NCBI GenBank assembly: GCA_964036045.1
Contig: OZ038378.1
Span: 185,876,001 to 185,940,000, forward strand
Origin: Eutreptiella sp. 'Long Island Sound 2002'
Taxonomy: Eukaryota; Protista; Euglenida
Direction: 5' to 3'
DNA length: 64,000 nucleotides
Part shown: positions 38,773-51,010 of the stretch, one piece after another
How the letters are laid out: each line of letters begins with the position of its first letter
How positions within the stretch are numbered: the stretch's first letter is position 1
Notes under the pieces: model-generated
Database searches by the model: none
Told to the model about the DNA's origin: nothing
The model's input: only the letters and a program-made list of their open reading frames with translations
Position numbers and translations under genes: made by a program

Positions 38773-39454
38773 CTAGCTGGCACCACGATGACAGTCTCCA
38801 AGATTCCCTTTAATCGAACCGTGCTCCAGCAACACATGCGTTAGCTCCTGCATTTTGACGGGCTTGCTCAGGCACTGAGTCGCCCCCGCCTGCAGGGCGC
38901 TCTGCAGGTCATCACCCAACTCGGCAGATAGCACAATGATGGGGACATCGATCTTCAGCTCCGTGCGGATGAAGCGCGTCGCCTCGATGCCGTCCATCTG
39001 CGGCATGCGGATGTCCATGAGGATGCCGGTGAAGGCATTAGGCCGCTCCTTGAGCATTGCGCAGGCGACTGCCCCGTCGCAGGCGGTCTCCACTGTGCAG
39101 GGGACCCCTTCCATGTACGCCGCCGTGAGTTTCCGGCAGATGGGGTTGTCGTCCACCAGCAGGAGGTGGCCGCAGGACGGCCCCTTCGGCCTCTCGAGGG
39201 GATTCGAGGCTTTGGACCTCTCGAGGGGATTACAGCGCGGACTGGCGGCGCGGCCGTCAGGCACGGAGGGCACCTTCGTGGGGGCGGCATTCCCACTAAA
39301 GAGCTTCATGGCCAACTTCTTGCAAAACGACTGCCGGCCCTTGGACTTTCCAGAGGATGTGGACTGGCTCCTGCTGCGGGTGAATTCCACAGCAGGAGCC
39401 AGTGCAAGGCAGCTGTCTGCGGAGATCCTTGAAGTGCTGCGAGGAAGATTGGAC
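38773..39454 (-). CDS. Hybrid histidine kinase, exon 3 (linker plus receiver domain)
   Basis: LLLVDDNP...ILMDIRMPQMDGIEAT...IIVLSAE...CLSKPV gives complete REC motifs. TTTCAG acceptor at 39455, phase-compatible with exon 2. The last codons or a further intron are uncertain. Confidence 0.9.
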
Positions 39455-40539
39455 CTGAAAACGATCACATGTCTAGATGCAAAAATCAGAAAATGAGAAT
39501 GTAATGACAATAAACGAGTAGAGGTAACATTACGCAGGTGTCGTGTACCACCATTATGGTGCATGCAGATTGTATGCCCATGTAAGTACACGCACATGCA
39601 TGGGGGGCGTGTGTGCACAGCGCACATCTTACAGGGAGAAAAAAAATTGGGGAATTTTGGGTCAATTAGCAACATTCTTGCCTATTCACACAAAAACAAG
39701 GACAGAAAGCTGCCTAAAGTGTAGACACAAACAAAAGTTGAAACAAGTTTCAACTAGTGCTTTTGGGATGACAGTCGGGCCGTTGAAAACCTACAAACAT
39801 CACCACTGTCTCGATGGCTTCGCGAATTCAGTCATTCCCATGGCAGTGAAGTGCGCTGGGTGCTCACCACCACAGATGATGTGAGAAATGTAATACAGGG
39901 CCACGCGGTTCTGGATAACTAAGTGCTACAGAGGAGGGGGGCTGCAAATCATATTGAAACTTCAGCAGCCTTCTTGCATACCTTACCTTACCTTACCACT
40001 GCTTTGGCATTCAGTACGTCATGCGTGCGCCGGCATGGGAGGAACACCAAGGGGCAGAAGCAGCACTAGTGAACAGAGGGACAATTGTCCCACTCTCTCC
40101 ACCAATAATACTTGTTCCCAGCGGATTGAGGCAAGCAACGTAGACAATTTCCTCGTAAAACTCAAACCCGTGCGTACACCTCTGGGTGCCAACTGGCACA
40201 CTACTGAGCCTTTATGGCCACCCCCGACCCTTCCAGTCTTCCCCCTCTCGACCTAGCCCCCTCGACTGATTTGAGTTGGTGGGTGGGTCGCAGTGGAACC
40301 GGTCAAATGACCGATGGTACAGACCGAGCACGTTGCTAAGCACCACATCTTGTTTACTCCGCAGCACGCTCCTTGTCCCTCCTCAGAATTGTTTCCTGCC
40401 CTTGGCCAGCTTGACTACGAACGACTCTGGCTGCCGTCGGTCTGAGTTACACAGGAGGGCAAAATAGGGCATTTGGTAAAACCTAGTATGCACCGTAGTA
40501 AAACCTAGCAAAATGTAGTAAAACCTAGTAAAAATTTTT

Positions 40540-40891
40540 TTTCAAAAATTTTTTTGAAAAAAGGTTTGAAGTCGCGAAGCACACGCTTGTAGATGAGGTC
40601 CGCCTTCTTATCTTCGTAGGTGGGTTGTGCCGAGGGAGGATTGTGCTTGCACATGTTGCGAAGCACGTCCGTGGTCTTTGTATCCAAATCTTCAATCAAT
40701 TTTTTGTCATACTGCAATTTACCAAAGGCATCTTTGGGGTAATCCTCTAGAACAAATGGAACAAAAAATTCCTTACCACGGATCACCACCTTTGGACGGA
40801 CCTCATCTACAGAAGGCGGCTTGTCAACGAGAAGCCGGTCACCCAACGCGAATGCCAATACAATGCATGCCAGTGTGGCAGTAAATTGCAC
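40540..40891 (-). CDS. Orphan ORF with a possible SAP/HeH-like motif, inside kinase intron 2
   Basis: Charged protein-like frame. TTDVLRNMCKHNPPSAQPTYEDKKADLIYKRVL resembles the SAP pattern LR..C....G.KA.LI.R (by eye only). Confidence 0.35.
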
Positions 40892-41052
40892 TCTCCGGTT
40901 GCGGAACTGCTACGTCACCCCTTCATTTGCAGGGGTCCCCAAAGCCAAGCGTGGGGAGCAAAATCAGAAGTGATTCCCAACAAGGGGGAATAAAATCGGA
41001 AGTGGCTGACTGACTCCTGTCTTCTCTGGGGCCTGAAGGGAGGCGGAAGTGT

Positions 41053-42959
41053 CCCTATCCCCAACTCAAGGAGCCACGCAACAAAGCGTGGATTGTGAGT
41101 CCCTAACCCCAACTCCAGGGGCCACGCAACAAAGCGTGGATTGCGAGTCCCTAACCCCAACTCGAGGGGCCACGCAAAAAAGTGCGGATTGTGAGTCCCT
41201 AACCCCAACCCCAGGGGCCATGCAACAAAGCGTGGATTGTGAGTCCCTAACCCCAACCCCAGGGGCCATGCAACAAAGCGTGGTATGCGAGTCCCTAACC
41301 CCAACTCGAGGGGCCACACAACAAAGCGTGGATTGTGAGTCCCTAACCCCAACCCCAGGGGACACACAACAAAGCGTGGATTGTGAGTCCCTAACCCCAA
41401 CTCAAGGGGCCACGCAACAAAGCATGGATTGCGAGTCCCTAACCCCAACCCTAGGGGACACACAACAAAGCGTGGATTGTGAGTCCCTAACCCCAACTCG
41501 AGGGGCCACACAACAAAGCGTGGATTGTGAGTCCCTAACCCCAACTCCAAGGGCCACACAACAAAGCGTGGATTGTGAGTCCCTAACCCCAACTCGAGGG
41601 GCCATGCAACAAAGCGTGGATTGTGAGTCCCTAACCCCAACTCCAGGGGACACACAACAAAGCGTGGATTGTGAGTCCCTAACCCCAACTCCAGGGGACA
41701 CACAACAAAGCGTGGATTGTGAGTCCCTAGGCCCAACTCAAGGGGCCACGCAACAAAGCATGGATTGCGAGTCCCTAACCCCAACCCTAGGGGACACACA
41801 ACAAAGCGTGGATTGTGAGTCCCTAACCCCAACTCGAGGGGCCACACAACAAAGCGTGGATTGTGAGTCCCTAACCCCAACTCCAGGGGCCACACAACAA
41901 AGCGTGGATTGTGAGTCCCTAACCCCAACTCAAGGGGCCACGCAACAAAGCATGGATTGCGAGTCCCTAACCCCAACCCTAGGGGACACACAACAAAGCG
42001 TGGATTGTGAGTCCCTAACCCCAACTCGAGGGGCCACACAACAAAGCGTGGATTGTGAGTCCCTAACCCCAACCCTAGGGGCCACACAACAAAGCGTGGA
42101 TTGTGAGTCCCTAACCCCAACTCGAGGGGCCACGCAACAAAGCGTGGATTGTGAGTCCCTAACCCCAACTCCAGGGGCCACACAACAAAGCGTGGATTGT
42201 GAGTCCCTGACCCCAACTCGAGGGGCCACACAACAAAGCGTGGATTGTGAGTCCCTAACCCCAACTCCAAGGGGCCACACAACAAAGCGTGGATTGTGAG
42301 TCCCTAACCCCAACTCAAGGGGACACACAACAAAGCGTGGATTGTGAGTCCCTAACCCCAACTCAAGGGGACACACAACAAAGCGTGGATTGTGAGTCCC
42401 TAACCCCAACTCAAGGGGACACACAACAAAGCGTGGATTGTGAGTCCCTAACCCCAACTCGAGGGGCCACGCAACAAAGCGTGGATTGTGAGTCCCTAAC
42501 CCCAACTTGAGGGGCTCACAATCCACGCTTTGTTGTGTGGCCCCTCGAGTTGGGGTTAGGGAATCACAATCCACGCTTTGTTGCGTGGTCCCTCGAGTTG
42601 GGGTTAGGGAATCACAATCCACGCTTTGTTGCATGGCCCCTGGGGTTGGGGTTAGGGACTCACAATCCACGCTTTGTTGTGTGGCCCCTCGAGTTGGGGT
42701 TAGGGACTTGCAATCCGCGCTTCGTTGCGTGGCCCCTCGAGTTGGGGTTAGGGACTCACAATCCACGCTTTGTTGTGTGGCCCCTTGAGTTGGGGTTAGG
42801 GAATCACAATCCACGCTTTGTTGCGTGGCCCCTCGAGTTGGCGTTAGGGAATCACAATCCACGCTTTGTTGTGTGGCCCCTGGGGTTGGGGTTAGGGACT
42901 CACAATCCACGCTTTGTTGCGTGGCCCCTCGAGTTGGGGTTAGGGACTCACAATCCACG
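41053..42959. repeat. 48-bp minisatellite with an internal inversion (about 30 forward plus about 9 reverse copies)
   Basis: Unit gagtccctaaccccaactcgaggggccacacaacaaagcgtggattgt. Orientation flips at about 42515. Confidence 0.95.
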
Positions 42960-43650
42960 GTCCCCAAAAAGGGGTTCAAAAGTGGCCCGCGCCGGGCAGC
43001 TGGAAAAAATCCCATAGTGGGGGTCCTTAGGGGCGGTCCTTAACAAAAAAAAAAAGAGGTCCTAAAGGACCACCCTGCCTCACTAGGCCAGTGGAAAAAA
43101 GCCCCTCAGAGCGGGGGACAAGATCAGAAGTGGCCAACAAGTGGCCCGAAAGTTCTAAGGCCTAGTTCTTTTGTTTTTGGAGGTTCTGAAACCTAGTAAA
43201 AAAAAAGTTTTTGTTTTTACTAGGTTCCCAATACCTAGTAAAAATAGTGAACCTAGTAAACTGTTACCTAGCAAAAAAAATTTTACTAGGTTTTACTACC
43301 CGGCAAAATGTCTTTCTCGAAACCCATCACCAAACACTCTTTTTCATGAGTTTCCTATGAACAGTGCAACCCTGATGCATTTCTTTGTTTAATTTAGTAA
43401 CTTGTTGTGGATGACAAAGTTGTTCGCCCTTTGGGTTGATGAATGTTAGCCTCTTTAGTTGGCGAGGTGTGTGAATTCATATTACTGTTTCGGAAGAGTT
43501 CGGGACCTGCAACTTCACTCCTCCACAAACAAACGCCTCCTTCCCAAACTCCCAGATGACAGCTCTGCCATTTCCCCACCCCCTCCAAGAATATGACAGG
43601 GTTAGGCATGAGAGCCCTTCATCCATGGCACTCCCCATTCCAGGCCATAC

Positions 43651-44396
43651 CTCAAGGAGCACGAGGGGCGGGACGCAGAGGTGGCCGCACCCTGGGGCCC
43701 GAATTCGGCGCACGAACGCGGCGGCTGCGGGAGCTTTACGGGCATCGTGAACTCGAACACGTTGCACTTGCTCGTCGACTGCAGCTCGAGCCCGGAACCA
43801 AGCAACCGGGCGAGATTGGATGCGACGTACAGCCCCAATCCAAGGCCGTCTGTGGCGTACTCAGAGAGACTGGCCCCGTGCAGCGTGCTGCCATCAGACT
43901 GAAACGGTGCGTCGCCCTGCAAATACCTCTGCTGGAGGACGGCGAACTTTTCAGGGGGGATCTGGGGACTGGTGCTCGTCACAGTAAACGACAGCGGCTC
44001 GGCATCGGTACCTCTCCACATGACTTGTAGGCGGACGGACCCCGTGAGCGTGAACTTCATTCCGTTGTGCAGGAGGTGGAAGAGCACGCGGGACGCCGCG
44101 CTGCCGAAGCCGCGGGCGCTCTGCTGGGGGACCGCGGGGTCGATGTCGTACTGCAGCGCGACCTTTGTGTCGGGGAACATTGCCCGCGTGACCTCCATGG
44201 CCTCCTTGGCGAGGCTGTGGATACTGAAGGAGTCTTCTTGCAGGGCCGGCGCAGCGCCCTTACTGAACAGCAGGGCCCACTGGAAATCCTCCATCAGGCG
44301 CCCAATGTGCATGGCTTGATTGGTTGCGAGGTTCAGTTGGTTCAGCAATGGAGAGCCCACCGAGATGTTGTCTGCAATCAGTCTCAGGGCAGCAAC
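43651..44396 (-). CDS. Hybrid histidine kinase, exon 2 (HisKA second helix plus HATPase_c)
   Basis: N box VLFHLLHNGMKFT and G2 box DGLGLGLYVA. CTTCAG acceptor at 44397 and AG|GTATGG donor at 43650. 746 bp, phase 0 to 2. Confidence 0.9.
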
Positions 44397-44664
44397 CTGA
44401 AGATGCCCACAAACTGGTAGAACACGAGCAAAACGAGGGGAAGGGGTGATGCATATCTCTCGAGGAAAGTGGGGATTGCGCCAACTGGGTGGGTTGTCGG
44501 TGGTCACTGTCATTGTTGCGTTAGTTGTGCCCAATGTGTGTCGTGCAGGGGGGGTATGTGGGGTATATTCGGAAAGCCCTTGAAAAGAGCTATCTGGAAC
44601 ACCCAGGTCTGCATGCTGTACTGACGACATGTTTGGGGTTTTCGTCCGTTTTTCTTGAAGCGCA

Positions 44665-45090
44665 GTGATTTTTGGGATGTGTCCAGATGGCTTGCAGGTG
44701 CCTAAGTCTTCGGGCAGCCTGCTGGACCACCTGCAGGCCCCTGTTTTGATCAGAGATGACAAAATAAAATGGCTGGATTTTGGTATGACTCCTGATGCTC
44801 AGAACCTGCAGGCCCATCCTGGCTTTGTCTGGGTGAAGTCTGGGTACAGTGAGGCCATTGCATGGTACAAGGTTCGGCTGACAAAACAACGAAATGTGGA
44901 CCTCACAACTGATGGCCTGTGGGCCATGCCTCTCAGCACAGGGTGGGTGCCTGTGAAGGCATGCAGGCTGCAGGACTGGCAAAAATTGAAGAAATACGTT
45001 CCCATTCACAAGCAGGGCGATGTCTGCCCCAATGGAGACGCAGCGCTTGTGGAAGGGAACAACAATGTGGACAACTCGGATTCAGAATAA
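44665..45090 (+). CDS. Orphan ORF (141 aa), antisense within kinase intron 1
   Basis: Globular-looking composition (HPGFVWVKSGYSEAIAWYKVRL...GLWAMPLSTGWVPV). The N-terminal part overlaps non-coding-looking DNA; no firm family. Confidence 0.35.
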   Translation: MIFGMCPDGLQVPKSSGSLLDHLQAPVLIRDDKIKWLDFGMTPDAQNLQAHPGFVWVKSGYSEAIAWYKVRLTKQRNVDLTTDGLWAMPLSTGWVPVKACRLQDWQKLKKYVPIHKQGDVCPNGDAALVEGNNNVDNSDSE

Positions 45091-46411
45091 TCAGCGGTCT
45101 CCTGTACATTGCTCCGCCCCGTGTATCGTCAAGTTTGCAGCCGTTTGCTCAAAAATATGATCACCTACCCCCGCCCCCCAACCCATACATTTCTGAAACG
45201 GCCTTTTCTCACAGATTTCAAAAAGTATACACCCCCCCCCAAAGGAACGATATTTGGGCGCATCGGACAAAAAGTTCGAAAATTCCGGGGAAAATGCCAA
45301 AACCCACCGAGTTGGCGCACAATGAATGTCCCCGAGAGATATGTGAGAGCATAGCCCCTTCGTTGGAGTGTGAACAAGCATGCCACCAGTCATGCAGGAT
45401 CCGGCCCATGAGCGAGGTGCCCCCATGGGCGGATGTTTGTCCCGATGCCTCTTGGTGGTCCCCAATAGAAGGGGACAAAATCAGAAGTGGCTACATCACC
45501 CCTGCGTTCTTGGGGGCAGATTGTTTGATGAGGGGGGGCAAAAACAGGCACATGTGGGGAATGGTAAAAAAAAGATGCCCGGCGCGTGCCCGGTGCGCTA
45601 ATACTCCCCCCACCTTCCGATCGAAGCAAGAGGCTCTGCTCCCACTCGCTCAGGTATCCCCTGTGGTCACTCAGCCCCGCCTCCCCCGCCTTCTCCACAC
45701 ACATACACACACAACAGACGTGACAACACACACACACAAACACACACACAAACACACTTCGTTGCAACGTAACAGAAGTGCCAAGTCTCACTCCAAAACA
45801 GATGCTCTAGAGTACAGGCAATGTTGTCAGCAGCAGGCAACCCACAAACAGAATGGATTAAAGCTCAGCCCAGACAAACACATACCCGCAGCTTGCTGGA
45901 GGCAAAACTGACAGCGTGCAAAATTTGCGATTGGTTCTCTAGGCCCACTGCAACCTGGGTTGACCCAAGTCATCCCTCTGCATCAACGAGCACCTTGGTG
46001 TGACGTCTCACTGACATCGCCAACTTCTTTAAGGGGTGGGCTGCTGCACCAATGCAATACGCATACTCAAAACACACACAAATGCACACACGCGAGGGTT
46101 TTTTTTAAACCACCGGGGGGGGGGGGGTGATTTGAGAGACTCACCCACCCAGATTTTGGTAAACCCGGGGACCCAGAAACCCCAGAGGGGGCGGGGGGCT
46201 GTTGGACCCCACCCATCCAATCACCCACCATGCCACCCACTCACCCAAAAGCAGAAAAGGGCCCATTTTTTCTCCCGGCGCCCCCAAATGTCCTACCCCC
46301 ACGGGGGGGTGGACACCCACCCACCCAGAATTTTTGAAATACCCCCCCCCCCCTAGGGTCGGACACACACTAACAAAAACCCTACACTAACAAAAACCCT
46401 GACACGCGCGT

Positions 46412-46444
<33 letters not shown>

Positions 46445-47098
46445 TGACACGAGACAAACAGGCGTGACAAGCAGTACACAGCACGGCTGGGCGCCTTTCT
46501 GTAGCACAGCAGTTCGTGGTGCGGAAGGAGTCATCCAGCGGGGCGGTCCACTCTCAGTGTCCACCCCATGGAGGCAAAACAGGTCGAGCTATGCAGACAC
46601 CTCCGTGCACAGATCCCGGCCCACTCCCGCTTGCTGGTTGTCCCTCCCCTCCAGGCACCCACTGCACCACCAAGTCGATTCGTAAATTGGGACCTACGTT
46701 GAACCACCTGTCACCGGAAGGGCACACACACACACACACACACACACTTTGTAAGAGAAACCAACGAACCAAGGCCAATGTGGACGGGCACACGTAGGCA
46801 GACACAAGGCTCTGGCTTCAGAAACACCTCATTAGGCCAACAAAATAGGAAGGGTCATGTGGCTAGGCGCCTTTCTGTAGTGAGGTCAGGGACATGGGGA
46901 GCAATCATGTAGTTCATCAAAGCTGTATCCCTACTCCCTGCGGCTGATTCATGGCATCCCGGCCCCCTGGTCACCAAACTCGCAAAGAGAGGGAGAGGGA
47001 GGATGATTCACCTGTAACCACAACACCGTTTACATGTTGCAATGAGTCCTTGGAGACAGGCGTAGTCGCCTGCTCACACACACACAGCTAATTATGTT

Positions 47099-48070
47099 TC
47101 ACTCATGAGGTGTGTGTAAGGCAAACATGGCCCTGGGGCCGGCAGTAGTCTTGGACGTTTTGCAGGAGGGAGGCGTCATGATTCCACGCGCCAGTGGTTC
47201 CATCTGGTGACATGGACGGGGGAGGGTCCAGCTACTATACGCTGCCGCGCGCCAGTGTGCGTTCTTAGTCAACCACTGTAGGGTCATGTTGATGGCACAG
47301 CATTTGGAGACCGGAATGTGGCGGACTATGTAGTACATGTATTTCAGTGTGATCCGATGATCGTGGGGACTCGTGGATAGGGTGCGTACAATGGCCGCGT
47401 GTGCAGCGCGTGCTGTCTGGCGCACGGAGAACCCTGACAACTGAGCGACTTGCAGCCACACTGCCACAGACAGCAACTCACCACCCCATGACTTGCACCA
47501 TGGTCTGGCATTACTGAGTACGCCTGCACATATACACGGGAGGTATGAGGGATGGTGGAGGGTGGGGGTCATGAGGGGGGGGGCGGGTTTTAGAGACCAG
47601 TTGGCGTCCAATGCACTTGGCTGTACGTGGGCAGTTCCCTGGCCTGTGGCACCACGGTGCAGGCTGAAGCCCAACGCGGCGTAGTGTGATGTATGGCACA
47701 TGTAGCAACACAGGTCAGTTTTTTGCTGGCGGCAGTCACACAGGACAGCCAGGTTCCATGCCGTTTCCAGGATTTGGCATACTGTTTGGACGATGTGTGT
47801 GGAGGGGTAGTCAGGGTAGTTTGTGGCAATCATGATGTTATCACGAAACTGACAGAGTGCGACAATGCCGTGGGCGTTGCGCGAGAACGGGAACCCTTCA
47901 GGGGACATGCACAGCTGGCCCAGGGTATAGAAGAGACGGCGGGAGGTATAGACTGACCACAGGCTGTGAAGGTCTGCTGCCTGTGTGGAAAATGATCCCC
48001 CCATGGGGATACACCCCTGTCTGCACCAGAGTTCTCCCGCTGCTCGAACAACATTGTTATGTTCCATTTC
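47099..48070 (-). mobile_element. Penelope-like reverse transcriptase C-terminal fragment in kinase intron 1
   Basis: NNVV.AAGELWCRQGCIPMGGSFS matches the GxPMG motif typical of Penelope-like RTs, and QFRDNI sits at the YxDD position. Confidence 0.65.
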
Positions 48071-48400
48071 AAACTCGATAGTGTCTGTCATTTGTGCATG
48101 GGTAATGAAGCAAAATTTTGTAGAGTTCGCTCTGCCAGCTCAGTCTGTCACACACACACACACACACACACACTGTTGTTGTTGTTTTTGCTGCTGTTCT
48201 TGTCGTTGCGGGCGGTGTACGCGCAGGCCCCACAGCCATCTTACCCAGAGGTGTCTCATTCTGAGCTGACTGGGCTAGGGCCGGAGCCGATGCACCTGTA
48301 AGAGATCTGAGAATGAGCGGTGCATGGATGTAAGACACCGCGTCAGGCGCCAGAAATGCCGCCCAACAGCTGACCCTGACCCTGACAGTGAAAGGGGCAC

Positions 48401-49297
48401 CTGAAGATGGCAAGGGGTGCGGATCTCATGGAAGATCTTCTTCACGAGGTTGTCACTATCAACAGATGATGTGTTGGATAACAGACTGTCTCTTGACTGG
48501 ACGACATCGTCGCGGACAAAGCACGTTGTGCCCCGAAAGCTGCCATGTGGATCGATAGTCTTAAGGCTGTCCACCAGGAACGGCCTGCTGCCCTCGCTCT
48601 TGGTTCGAATCCTGATGGGCGCCTCCTTGACATCTCCACAGGCCACCTGCCTCACACTCTCCCAGGTCTCGTCAGGACACAGGTTGATGAGGTGCTGTCC
48701 AAGCAATTCGTCAGCTGTGTACCCGAGCATGTGGAGCACCATGTCGTTCACCCAGACAATGTGCCCACCCTCGTCCAGTGCGTGACACGCTATGGGCGCG
48801 GCTTTTAAGGGGCTCATCAACGTATCCACGGAGTCGTCGCTGAACACATACTTGCATACCTCCGTGGGAGCCACTCTGTGACCAGACAGAATGATGAAGC
48901 TGGAACAGTAGGAAATTGTCCAATCGACCCGGATGTATGAAGGAGCCTGGTCAAACCGCCCTTGGCTCAGGGTCGCAACACCCCGGAGGGTGAGTGTCGT
49001 GGCCTCCTCGTCAGCCCCATTATGCATCACACTGTCGAAGGCTGCAGCCACACGGTTCTGGTCTTTGGTTTCAATCAACACGTCAACAAAATGGACCCCT
49101 CGAACTGAACTGAATGCAGCCACCAGGGAGCTGAACTTGGGGTTGGCAAACACGACCCTTCTGTCGTTCGGCGTGAGACCAACTACAGCGGGTGTGGGTG
49201 ATCCAGGCTCTGGCTGGCCGTCTGGTGATAACGATGATGGTGGTGAAACAATTGGCAAGGTGTCAAATGGGACACGTGTGTGACAGTCTGGTCTCAT
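48401..49297 (-). CDS. Hybrid histidine kinase, exon 1 (two PAS domains plus H-box); start uncertain
   Basis: PAS2 = APIACHALDEGGHIVWVNDMVLHMLGYTADELLGQH...FVRD and H-box FHEIRTPCH. CAG|GT donor at 48400. The three exons splice to a 774-aa frame from ATG 49297; upstream exons are possible. Confidence 0.88.
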
Positions 49298-50699
49298 TGG
49301 CAAAACAGTCCTGGAGGAAGGATGTGCGAGATTTCTGCCCGTGCCACTGTGCACCCCCAGGCTGTCATTCGCTCACCCCTTGAACTTGTTGTTGTTGTTG
49401 TTACTCCTGGGTCAACATCGCGCTGTTATGCATGCCATTTAAACAAAAAGGTTACCGGCCTCTGGTGCGCCTGAAACCTTACCAGAGCACCAGCCAACCA
49501 GTAACTGCTTTCGGCTACCGGCCAAGCAGCATCGCTTGCCCCAGCGATGTCACCCCTGGGGCCGGAAAAAGTGAGGAAATGGCAGAGGTGTTGTTTGGGG
49601 GGCAGGCATTTGTTTCTTCAAAGGTTTTCGTGACAATACCGCCGTTATTCAATGGCTGCTCAACCGAAAGAGTTTGGTGGCTTCCCCACCACAACCAAGA
49701 ACAGCCGCTGGTCATCACGTGATGAGGAGGCTTACTGGTGACAGAGATATTTTGTGCACCTCGCAACTATGTTTTCCTTTCGATCAGCCAAGCGATGGCC
49801 ATGCCGCATGAGAGGCTATCCTGGGCTTGGCAAAAGCTGAAGGTGAAAGTGCTGATACATCTGCACCAAATTGACGATGAAGAAAATGAAGCATCTGGGC
49901 GTGCTGGAGAGGGAAGCGCACTGCATGGTCATGGGCATGGATACACAGCAAGCTAGGGAAGAGCAGGGAAGAGCCAGTATGGCTCCCAATACTGCCTGAG
50001 AAATGCAAGGGGCCAACGACAGCACGTAAGCACTTAAGCAGGGATTATTAATGCGGGTGGCTAATGGTGTGATTGCAGCTTCGCAGCAGAGATTTGACAT
50101 TAGGGTGACCAAGGAGAGGAAGGAGGTGCATTCGCACCTGTACTTGAGGTTCTACAAGATCTCCTCCAAAGGGATATGCGCACCATGCACACACCACACA
50201 GGGATTTGGGCTCCCAGTTGTGCTAATGGCAGTGCTAATGGCTTCACAGCCCCTCAAAATGCTGTCCCTTGGGGGCTTCTGGAGTGCACTCCTCGAAGAG
50301 GTTGTAATGCATTGCGGTTTTCCTGGAGTGTTTTGGGGTACAGTGTTTTTTGTTGGTGCAGCATTTTCACTGCATCATAACCGGGGTGGGGGGAAGAGAG
50401 GCACACATCAACTTCATGATACTAAGCAACGGGGGCCTCTAATTGTACGATCAAGGATATCCAACAGGGCCGGGGATGGCAGGCAGCAGGCAGCAGTTGC
50501 TGTCTCTGGGGGAGTGTTTGCCATGCGCATGCCCTGCGCGCACCCTGCGCGCTACTTTTATGATGACTTTCCCGAATTGAGTCCCCGAATTTACCATTAC
50601 TGTATGAAGCCCCCGAGTAGACCAACAGTTGCCTCTTGCCTACCAAATGAAGCAACAAACCATCCGTGCACAACATTGAACAAACTGCCACAGACTGCT

Positions 50700-51010
50700 G
50701 TATCCTCCGGATAGATGCGATCGTAGTCTGGGACTGGTAGCCGTGTGGCCATTTTGGTGAGTAAATCCACCTCCCCATAGCACGGGATTTGCTCATGTTC
50801 CTATGCAGTGCGGGCCTCAGACTCTTGACGGTGACTGGGGATCTACTCCATGATGACTCACTTGTGTTGCGTGTGATCACACACCTTGTGGCGGACGTCG
50901 GAATAAGAGCACTCCCGCGTGGGTCATTTGTCGGCACATTTGGTCACGGCCATGTGGTCGATGTAATGCTTGTTGCCGTTGGATGCCATCGCCGCCCAGG
51001 GACGTGCCTT
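50700..51010 (-). pseudogene. Decayed retroelement RNase H C-terminus
   Basis: ...IME*IPSHRQESEARTA*EHEQIPCYGEVDLLTKMAT resembles the WVPSH...GNExAD motif, with stops. Confidence 0.45.

Noticed and set aside
40915-43017. 416-, 456- and 361-aa ORFs
   Set aside because: Artefacts of a 48-bp (16-codon) stop-free minisatellite. They are open on both strands and cross an inversion.
48275-48400. ORF continuation after HLQ and a short-intron model using TTACAG at about 48297
   Set aside because: Gives a stop within 7 codons and omits the HisKA second helix supplied by the 44396 exon.
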